32,086 nt of DNA from Candidatus Micrarchaeota archaeon (GTDB taxonomy: Archaea; Micrarchaeota; Micrarchaeia; Anstonellales; Bilamarchaeaceae). The translations under genes were made by a program, and so were the position numbers. Positions 10,601 to 18,049 of the stretch are shown here, one piece after another. Every line of letters starts with the position of its first letter. Within the stretch, counting starts at the first letter, position 1. The stretch is from NCBI GenBank assembly GCA_043816005.1, contig JBDRIM010000078.1, positions 1 to 32,086 on the forward strand, read 5' to 3'. The notes under the pieces are model-generated. The model had not been told where the DNA came from. It saw only the letters and a list, made by a program, of their open reading frames with translations, and ran no database searches.

Positions 10601-10770
10601 ACTATTATGCATCTACCAATCGTGAGAAGAAAATGAAAAAAATACTTACTGGAATGCAAAGAGCGAAGAAAACTGGATTTGAAACAGCTGATAAAAAAAG
10701 TTCGGGGGGTTTGGAAGGGGCTCCAGCCCCTTCAAACAAACCAAAACAAACGAAGATGGGAGATTTTTAA
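7655..10770 (+). CDS. hef: Hef/FANCM-like (Mph1) SF2 DEAH helicase, intein-containing, interrupted by a -1 frameshift near 9165-9170
   Basis: Track ORFs 7655-9187 and 9211-10770 are one gene: PTGLGKT, DECH, GLTASPG, then VAS|intein|[10 protein letters not shown] and IQRRGRAAR. No ERCC4 nuclease domain; ends in PIP-like QTKMGDF. Confidence 0.88.
8846..10437 (+). mobile_element. Intein in Hef motif V with LAGLIDADG homing endonuclease and winged-helix insert; frameshifted
   Basis: Begins SVHHNE (Ser1); block [18 protein letters not shown] blocks [12 protein letters not shown] and [16 protein letters not shown]; ends CLHN followed by Ser+1. 1592 nt, one base short of 531 codons. Confidence 0.9.
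10704..10737. repeat. GC-rich palindrome (REP-like hairpin) inside the 3' tail of hef
   Basis: GAAGGGGC-TCCA-GCCCCTTC 8-bp stem, extended by GTTT/AAAC and preceded by G6, in an AT-rich context. Confidence 0.5.
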
Positions 10771-10796
10771 TTGTTTTTAAAAAACATAAAATGTCT

Positions 10797-11972
10797 TCAT
10801 TTTTTTACCTTGCTCACACTCGTCTCCAAAATGAAGGCAACTTCTTCCTCAGTAAAATCATAGAATGACATTAACATTCCAATATTTGATTTTCCATATT
10901 CTTTAAGAAGAGGGAGAACATCAAGTGAATCTTTTGCATTGGAATGTATTTTTTTCCCTATTTTTACCCCGACTGATTTTAACATCGCTCGTCTCGCCAT
11001 AGAACGAGACATGTTCTTGAGATATGCTGGGAAATTGTATTTTGTAAACTTGCTATAACGTGATTTTTTTGCAATTGCCACACCAGCAGTAGCAAGATCA
11101 ATTGAATATTTCAAAAGTTGCCAATTAGTTCTTCTGATCCTACCATCGAAAATATCTGCTTTTGAAAGTGAATTGTAAGCTGCAGCAATGTCAGCGACAG
11201 TTTCATACTCAGCAGGGATATTTTCATCGATCCAAAGCTTTATGAGATCATAATCAACGTCCCCACGCATGATTTCTTTAACAGTAGCATAGTTTTCCCC
11301 TTTGAGTATTCCTCTAACAATCTGGAAAATATCTTTTTCGTGTGTTCTTGAAGTCGGACCATTGCATTGAAGATCATTTATGGCAGCACGCATATCTCCT
11401 TCAGCACACTCTGCAATTGCCTCAATAGCAGTTGAAGAAATAGGAATATTTTCTGTTTTTGCAATGTGTTCAAGATGTTTTTTTATTGAAACTTTGCTGA
11501 TCTTTTTGAATTCAACTGGCTCACATTCTGCTCGTATTGATGAAAGGGATTTGTCCCAAATATCAGTTGCAGTGACAATTGCAGGACATGAAGAATCTGC
11601 AAGAAAGTTTTTGATTGCCGTTCCACCGCCACTGTCTTTTCTACCTGCAAGAACATCAGTATCATCAACCAAGACAATTCTTGTCTTCCCAAAAAGACTT
11701 CCTGCAAGAGTTGATTGACCAAGGATACGATCGACTCTGTTTTTGTTTCGCAGTTCGCTTGCATTCATCTCGACAATTTCAAGATCATACTGCTCCTTAA
11801 GAACATAAGCTATAGAAGTTTTCCCAGTTCCTGGTGGACCGTGGATCAATAATGGCTTTCTGGCTTTACCGTTGAGCCATTGTAATATCCATTGCTGTAT
11901 GTGCTCCACCTTGTCCTGATTGCCTATGATATCAGTAAGTTTTTTAGGAGCGTATTTAACAGTTAAAAGCAT
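10797..11972 (-). CDS. rfcL: Replication factor C large subunit
   Basis: KYAPK, GPPGTGKT, EMNASE, GDMRAAINDLQ, WIDENIP and LSKADIF motifs. Confidence 0.92.
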   Translation of the reverse strand: MLLTVKYAPKKLTDIIGNQDKVEHIQQWILQWLNGKARKPLLIHGPPGTGKTSIAYVLKEQYDLEIVEMNASELRNKNRVDRILGQSTLAGSLFGKTRIVLVDDTDVLAGRKDSGGGTAIKNFLADSSCPAIVTATDIWDKSLSSIRAECEPVEFKKISKVSIKKHLEHIAKTENIPISSTAIEAIAECAEGDMRAAINDLQCNGPTSRTHEKDIFQIVRGILKGENYATVKEIMRGDVDYDLIKLWIDENIPAEYETVADIAAAYNSLSKADIFDGRIRRTNWQLLKYSIDLATAGVAIAKKSRYSKFTKYNFPAYLKNMSRSMARRAMLKSVGVKIGKKIHSNAKDSLDVLPLLKEYGKSNIGMLMSFYDFTEEEVAFILETSVSKVKK

Positions 11973-12011
11973 TGAAAAGAATTAGGTTAAACTGCTTTAA
12001 TACTTTACTTC

Positions 12012-12269
12012 ATGATAGTATGTATGGGACATTTGGCAGATTTTGAATGTAATAAGTGTAAAAACCTATTTGAATCTCACGAAGGGGGCACATTTGAGAT
12101 TGAAGCGTATAGATGTGAAAAATGTGATGAACTGAAGGGTGTGAAGAGAGGAAAGAAACCATCAAAATGTAAATGTGGTGGAATTTTTAAAACAAATTTG
12201 ACACCCATGTGTCCAAAGTGCAAAACAAGAGATGTAAAAATGAAAAAAGTAAAATTGTTTTATGACTAG
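12012..12269 (+). CDS. Small basic double zinc-ribbon protein
   Basis: Four Cys knuckles (CNKC, CEKC, CKC, CPKC); Lys-rich; fills the gap between two minus-strand genes. Confidence 0.7.
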   Translation: MIVCMGHLADFECNKCKNLFESHEGGTFEIEAYRCEKCDELKGVKRGKKPSKCKCGGIFKTNLTPMCPKCKTRDVKMKKVKLFYD

Positions 12270-14038
12270 ATTGAAAACTTTCTGGCCAGTTCTCTAATTT
12301 GGTGATTATTAGGATAGTCCATACTTAGTTTAGGTAACATTCTTGTAAAGAATAGATGATGTTCAGAATTTCGGGCAGCTGCTTCTATAGCATCCTGCTC
12401 ATATTCTGGGCGAGTAAAGAATTTTTGAACCCAAAAATCTCGAACTTGTTTAACATCCCCACCACCTCTTATTGATAAAACCTGGTGATTGGCATCTAAA
12501 TGATCATATGTCACTCCAGAAAGAAAACCGTCGCCAAACAACCCCCATAAAACCTCCCAATATTGAGGAGTCCCTGGCATTGAAGCAAGAATTGGAAAAT
12601 ACATGTAGTGCATTCTTCTTAGTTGGAGAATTTTTGAATAATCTTCAGTCAGATCGTTAAGATTGTGCAAGGGAAACCCAGTCATATGATCCCCAAAATA
12701 AAGGAGGCCATGACTAGCCATTCTGTCTATTGCAGCCTGAACAGAGTGTAGACGATTTTGGAATTTTCTATCTGGACGGTTGTGAGCAAGAATTGCATCG
12801 TCCATCATGGATTCGATACCTATAAAACAAAAAACAAATCCTGCCCTCTTCATGGATGCAAGCATTTCATCCCCATTGGAACTTAGAATAGAAAGATTAT
12901 CTAAAAAGGAATTGAATTCAAAATATTTACTTAGACTAGCATCTGATATGGCATTACACAATGCAATTACTCGACGTGGATTTGCTGCAAAATCCTCATC
13001 AGTGAGATTAATCATGATTTTTGAAACTGGCCAGGTTCTGTAGAATCTTTCTTTGATTTGTCTTAGTTCTTGAATCACAGATTCAATAGACCTAGATAAC
13101 ACACCAGGATAGTTCATTGCACCAGTTGAACAGTATTTACAAGAGAACCGACAACCGCTAGCAGTTGACATCAAAAGAAATGGGTAACCACGACCAGTTG
13201 CATAATATTTCATTGGATCAAAATTTGCTCGAAATGGTAAAGGATACTCATCGGGCATAATTCGTTCAGCTGCACTTGCATGAATTTTATCGTCATCCAT
13301 AAACGCTGCACCAGAGATTTCTCGGGGATTTTTCAAACCACGAACTGCTAAAAGAATTTCTGGGAGGGTTTTTATCCCTTCACCTATACACGCAAAATCC
13401 ACAATACCGTGCTGAAAAACATTACGTAGATCCTGACGAAAAACATCTGCTCCAGCTGGGTTTTCATTTGATAGTTGATCAAATAAAAGAAATTGTTTAC
13501 CTACACTAGTTACATGATAACCTCCAAACAAAATAGTAACGCCTAATCTTTGTTTTAACTCAGCAGCAATAACAAGACCTTTTCTAAAATTATAAGTAAA
13601 TGTACTAATTCCAACAACATCAGGACAAAATCCAGATATTTCTTCAACAAATGTTTCGTTTGATTTTGATTTGGGATACTCAATAGGGTGGGATGGATCA
13701 AATGAACTTGCCAATTGATCAAAAATTTGGACTTGGTACCCATGACTTATTAGAACAGAAGCAAGCAGTTCCAGTTGATATGGTTCGCCCATTTCCTTAA
13801 CAGCTTCTTTTTCTTCATCACAAGCAAGAGATCCAAGCGGTCTTATCAAAGCTACTTTAATTTCTTCTGGTTTTTTCCCATGAAGTGATTTTTTACTATT
13901 AATTTCAGGAAGATCTACTGCACCCATAACTTTTATTTGATCAGTAAGAACAGAATAGGGTTTGGTTGGACTGGAACGAAGAACTGCAAGGGCAGAATTT
14001 TTAGTTGTCCGAGGACATGTTTTATTTACATACACCAT
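12266..14038 (-). CDS. Cobalamin-binding-domain radical SAM protein
   Basis: PDVVGIS, GGYHVT and IGEG in the B12-binding domain; GCRFSCKYC (CxxxCxxC); DEDF, FIGIES, GFP and PGTP. Confidence 0.88.
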   Translation of the reverse strand: MVYVNKTCPRTTKNSALAVLRSSPTKPYSVLTDQIKVMGAVDLPEINSKKSLHGKKPEEIKVALIRPLGSLACDEEKEAVKEMGEPYQLELLASVLISHGYQVQIFDQLASSFDPSHPIEYPKSKSNETFVEEISGFCPDVVGISTFTYNFRKGLVIAAELKQRLGVTILFGGYHVTSVGKQFLLFDQLSNENPAGADVFRQDLRNVFQHGIVDFACIGEGIKTLPEILLAVRGLKNPREISGAAFMDDDKIHASAAERIMPDEYPLPFRANFDPMKYYATGRGYPFLLMSTASGCRFSCKYCSTGAMNYPGVLSRSIESVIQELRQIKERFYRTWPVSKIMINLTDEDFAANPRRVIALCNAISDASLSKYFEFNSFLDNLSILSSNGDEMLASMKRAGFVFCFIGIESMMDDAILAHNRPDRKFQNRLHSVQAAIDRMASHGLLYFGDHMTGFPLHNLNDLTEDYSKILQLRRMHYMYFPILASMPGTPQYWEVLWGLFGDGFLSGVTYDHLDANHQVLSIRGGGDVKQVRDFWVQKFFTRPEYEQDAIEAAARNSEHHLFFTRMLPKLSMDYPNNHQIRELARKFSI

Positions 14039-14132
14039 GATATATTTTCTAACACAACCAGTATATTAAATAAACATTCAAATTTTTTGCCAAAACAATA
14101 AATTTATATAGTTTTTTTGTAGAAAGTTCCAT

Positions 14133-15137
14133 ATGAAGCCATTTGAAGGAATAGATTGGAAAGACAGACGAATCCTTTTTCAGCTGGACGAAGATGGCTT
14201 TCAACCAGCATCATCAATTGCAAAAAAAATTAAACTTTCAAAGCAAGTAGTTGGTTATAGAATCATTGAATTAGAAAAGAAAAAAATCCTTAGACGATGT
14301 TGTGTTATAGTAAACGAAGCTAGGATGGGATATGCGTTTTTCAAAATATACATGAAATACAGGAATGTAGATGGAGATATTGAAGAAGAATTAATACAAT
14401 TTTTTAACAACCACCCAAAAGTAGGGCTTACCAATACTTGTGATGGTCGATTTGATATGTTCATAGGAGTCTGGGCAAAGGACATTCATGATCTTTACAA
14501 AGTCTACCGTGATTTTTTTGGCAAATATGGAAAGTATTTCGAAGATATATCTTTGTCAATTGTTGAAACTGCGTATAATTCTAAACGAGGTTATTTGATT
14601 GGAGAGAATACTGCTGCTAATGTGCCACTTTTTGGTGGAGCAATAGAACATGATCCAAAAATAGATGAAACAGACAAAAAAATATTAGCTATATTATCAA
14701 AGGACGCACGTAGTAGACTTGTTGACATTGCAAAAAAATTGAAAATTACACCGCATGCAATTAGCTATAGAATAAAAAATATGAGAAAAAGTGGGATAAT
14801 ACAGGGTGCAAGAATTGTGCTTGATAGGAACAAACTGGGTTTTTTGAGCTATAAAGTTTTAGTGAAAGTGGATTCTTTTGATGAAAAAGAATTTAACCGT
14901 TTTTTGGCTCATGCTACTCAGCACCCAAATATAATTGATATTGACCTTTGTCTTGGTGAATGGAATATTGAATTGGATGTGGAAATTGAAGATTACGATG
15001 CATTCAGAAAACTTATGCTTGAACTGAGAACAAATTTCTCCAAATTAATAAAAAATTATGACTCTTTATTGGTATTTCATGAACATACTTACACATATTA
15101 TCCAATGGGAAAAGAATATTGTCCAATAACAAGCTAG
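14133..15137 (+). CDS. Lrp/AsnC family transcriptional regulator with tandem duplicated HTH+RAM units
   Basis: Two units: DWKDRRIL...IAKKIKLSKQVVGYRI and DETDKKIL...IAKKLKITPHAISYRI, each followed by an AsnC-type domain. Confidence 0.88.
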   Translation: MKPFEGIDWKDRRILFQLDEDGFQPASSIAKKIKLSKQVVGYRIIELEKKKILRRCCVIVNEARMGYAFFKIYMKYRNVDGDIEEELIQFFNNHPKVGLTNTCDGRFDMFIGVWAKDIHDLYKVYRDFFGKYGKYFEDISLSIVETAYNSKRGYLIGENTAANVPLFGGAIEHDPKIDETDKKILAILSKDARSRLVDIAKKLKITPHAISYRIKNMRKSGIIQGARIVLDRNKLGFLSYKVLVKVDSFDEKEFNRFLAHATQHPNIIDIDLCLGEWNIELDVEIEDYDAFRKLMLELRTNFSKLIKNYDSLLVFHEHTYTYYPMGKEYCPITS

Positions 15138-15140
15138 ATA

Positions 15141-15158
15141 GATAAAAATTTAAAGGTA
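15141..15158 (+). promoter_or_regulatory. Putative BRE-TATA promoter of the first Cys-rich gene
   Basis: GATAAAAATTTAAAGGTA, 35 nt before the ATG; 16/18 identical to 18014-18031. Confidence 0.55.
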
Positions 15159-15175
15159 GGATAGGTAAAATTCCC

Positions 15176-18010
15176 ATGAATAGAAGATTCATTTTAATAT
15201 TGATTCAAGTCGCAGTTCTTTTTTTAGCCGGGTGTCTAATCACAGATAATGCTTCCCAAAACAACACAGGCACATTGAATGAGGGTATGCTAACCACGGT
15301 AGGAAATTGTACGGAAACTGATGATGGTGTAGATTATTATGCAATTGGAATGACAACGTCTGGCAAAATGAAGGCAACTGACCAATGCTTAAATGAAGAA
15401 ACTATTGAGGAATATTCTTGCGGTACAGATGGTTCAATTCAGACTGATTATTATAATTGCTCATTTGGTTGTGCTAGCGGAAGGTGTAATATAGATCTTC
15501 AATCTTTTCCAACTGTACCTTTTTCAATTGCATATATACCAATAATTATTACTTGTAATGATACTGATGGTGGAAAAGATTATTATGAAAAAGGAACAGT
15601 GATAAATTCAACAGCAACTGGAACAGACTACTGTCGTGGAATCATACTAACGGAAAGATACTGTAAAACGGATAAGAGTATAGGACTGGACACCCATGTA
15701 TGTCCAAATGGTTGCACCGATGGAAGATGTAAAAGTTCAATACCCCCACTTCCACCAAGAGCGATAACATGTACAGAAACTGATGATGGGATTGATTATT
15801 ATAAAAAAGGAACTACTGTAAGCACATCATCAGCTGGAAGAACGGGAGTAACTGATTTTTGTGTTGGAGATATATTAACAGAAAAATACTGTAAGAGTGA
15901 TAAGAGTATAGGAAGTAAAAATTATACTTGCGCATATGGTTGTAGCGATGGGGAATGTAAACCAGCACCACCAACTTGTACGGATTCTGATGGTGGATTA
16001 ACTTATAGTGTTTCTGGGAAAACTACTCTTACTGGTGCCACACCATTTACACAATTTGATTCATGCGAGGAAGATGATGGAGATATTACTGAATGGTACT
16101 GTCCAACTTCAAGTACTAGGTCTTCTATTGTTCATCATTGTCCATATGGTTGTACTCCAAATCAAAATTATTGTAATCCAGCACCACCAACTTGTACTGA
16201 TTCTGATGGTGGTCAAGATATATTAGTACAAGGAACAACAAGTGATTCTACTGGGGCAGCAGGAATAGATTCGTGTGTTGATAGCGATACAGTTAAGGAA
16301 TATTATTGTACTGCCAGCAAGATTCTTTCAGATGTTAATCTTGATTGTAACTCTAAATATGGCTGTTTAGATGGTAAATGTCAACCATTGTGTTCAGACA
16401 GTGACGATGGTAGTTACTATGAAGCTGGAACAGTTACATTCGGATCAATAACGCACACTGATAGTTGTTCTTCTATTACGACTCTTAACGAATGGCGTTG
16501 CTATCCCAATTTATTTGATGGACCAATATCTCTCTTAATAGAATGTCTAAATGGTTGTACTGCTGGAGCATGTAATCCTGCTCCTTTTGCACCAGTCTGC
16601 ACTGATAGTGACGATACTACCCCTGGAACAGTTAATCCTTCTACGTATGGTACAGCAGGATCAACTACGCTCACTGGTTCACCAACAGAATATGATTCAT
16701 GCGAAGAAGCAGCTGGTGAAATAACTGAATGGTACTGTCCAACTTCAAGTACTAGGTCTTCTACGGTTTACGAATGCCAGTATGGATGCACCCCAAATCA
16801 AAATTATTGTAATTCAGCACCACCAACTTGTACCGATACTGATGGTGGAAAAGATTATTATGAAAAAGGAATTGCAACAAAGGGAACAACAACCCTAGTG
16901 GATAAATGTGAAGGAGAAGGCCTCTATGAATATTTTTGCCAGGATAATGATTTATATGAAGAAGGTCCAGTGTCCTGCGCATATGGCTGCACTGATGGAA
17001 GATGTAATTTTGCTCCAGTAACAGCACCGCTTTCAGTAACTTATTCAACAACCTGTGAACTGACCACCGTAACAGTAACAAGCGAAGGCGATACAGTCAA
17101 AGGAGCTACAGTAAAAGTTGATGGAGATAGCATTGGAACAACAGATTCTAATGGAGAAGTAACTTTTACTGAGTGTGGAAAAATAGTTATCATTTCAGCA
17201 ACAAAAATAGGTTACACATATGATTACACATCAGCAAACCTTGCTTCATGCTGTGTTCAGCCTTCATTAGAATGTACTGTAAACTCTCAATGTAATGCAG
17301 ATGAATTTTGTTCAAACAATGTTTGTGAAAAAGTAACAGGAACATGCGGATATGCTTTAGATCATGAATGGGTTTCATACTCGTGCTGTGTAGATTCTGA
17401 TTGTAGTACTAATCAAAAATGTGAAGAACATGTCTGTATACAGGAAACGCAACCAGAATGTACTATTGACAGCAATTGTCCAGATGATTCTACTTGTGTT
17501 GATGGCTCATGCAAGTTACTTGCTGGATGTGGAACAATAGCAAACCATGAGATTGCACTTTATCAATGTGGTTTTGAAGTTGGATGTCCAACTTGTTCTA
17601 TAGGTAGTTGTATAGACCATATTTGCTTTGTTGGAGATGTAACTTGCGAGTCAGGAAAAGTGGGTGAGCAGAAGACCTGTGAATTTACTCAGAGCCAAAC
17701 CATATGTGCACTTTGCGATTATCAATTAACTGATCCAGACGGTAATATAACTACTGGTAAGACTGGACAGGACGGTAAACTTAAAGTAACCCTAGAGAAT
17801 GCAGGAGTTTACAAAGTAGCTTTGCTTAAAAATGGTCAAGTGATAAAGATCACAAATCTTGTTGTAACACCAAAAACATTTGTAGATGAGCCAGAAAAAC
17901 CAATCCTAACTGATTTGTCTAAATTAATCGGTATAATTATAGTGGTTTTATTGTTGATTATGTTCTTGTATATTATTTTTGACCATATGAGAAAGAAAAA
18001 AGAAGATTGA
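15176..18010 (+). CDS. Cys-rich modular surface protein (8 CxD[ST]DxG six-Cys modules, Ig-like and EGF-like regions, C-terminal TM)
   Basis: Signal with LAGC lipobox-like motif; 8 repeats of CxDxDxG...DxC...E[YW]YC...CxxGCxxGxC; C-terminal hydrophobic helix followed by RKKK. Confidence 0.85.
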   Translation: MNRRFILILIQVAVLFLAGCLITDNASQNNTGTLNEGMLTTVGNCTETDDGVDYYAIGMTTSGKMKATDQCLNEETIEEYSCGTDGSIQTDYYNCSFGCASGRCNIDLQSFPTVPFSIAYIPIIITCNDTDGGKDYYEKGTVINSTATGTDYCRGIILTERYCKTDKSIGLDTHVCPNGCTDGRCKSSIPPLPPRAITCTETDDGIDYYKKGTTVSTSSAGRTGVTDFCVGDILTEKYCKSDKSIGSKNYTCAYGCSDGECKPAPPTCTDSDGGLTYSVSGKTTLTGATPFTQFDSCEEDDGDITEWYCPTSSTRSSIVHHCPYGCTPNQNYCNPAPPTCTDSDGGQDILVQGTTSDSTGAAGIDSCVDSDTVKEYYCTASKILSDVNLDCNSKYGCLDGKCQPLCSDSDDGSYYEAGTVTFGSITHTDSCSSITTLNEWRCYPNLFDGPISLLIECLNGCTAGACNPAPFAPVCTDSDDTTPGTVNPSTYGTAGSTTLTGSPTEYDSCEEAAGEITEWYCPTSSTRSSTVYECQYGCTPNQNYCNSAPPTCTDTDGGKDYYEKGIATKGTTTLVDKCEGEGLYEYFCQDNDLYEEGPVSCAYGCTDGRCNFAPVTAPLSVTYSTTCELTTVTVTSEGDTVKGATVKVDGDSIGTTDSNGEVTFTECGKIVIISATKIGYTYDYTSANLASCCVQPSLECTVNSQCNADEFCSNNVCEKVTGTCGYALDHEWVSYSCCVDSDCSTNQKCEEHVCIQETQPECTIDSNCPDDSTCVDGSCKLLAGCGTIANHEIALYQCGFEVGCPTCSIGSCIDHICFVGDVTCESGKVGEQKTCEFTQSQTICALCDYQLTDPDGNITTGKTGQDGKLKVTLENAGVYKVALLKNGQVIKITNLVVTPKTFVDEPEKPILTDLSKLIGIIIVVLLLIMFLYIIFDHMRKKKED

Positions 18011-18013
18011 TTC

Positions 18014-18031
18014 GATAAAGATTTAAAGCTA
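18014..18031 (+). promoter_or_regulatory. Putative BRE-TATA promoter of the second Cys-rich gene
   Basis: GATAAAGATTTAAAGCTA, 36 nt before the ATG; near copy of 15141-15158. Confidence 0.55.
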
Positions 18032-18049
18032 CATTGAGAAAAACGTGCT

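Noticed and set aside
9211..10770. Stand-alone homing endonuclease gene
   Set aside because: It ends with intein blocks F/G and helicase motifs V-VI, so it is the second half of hef.
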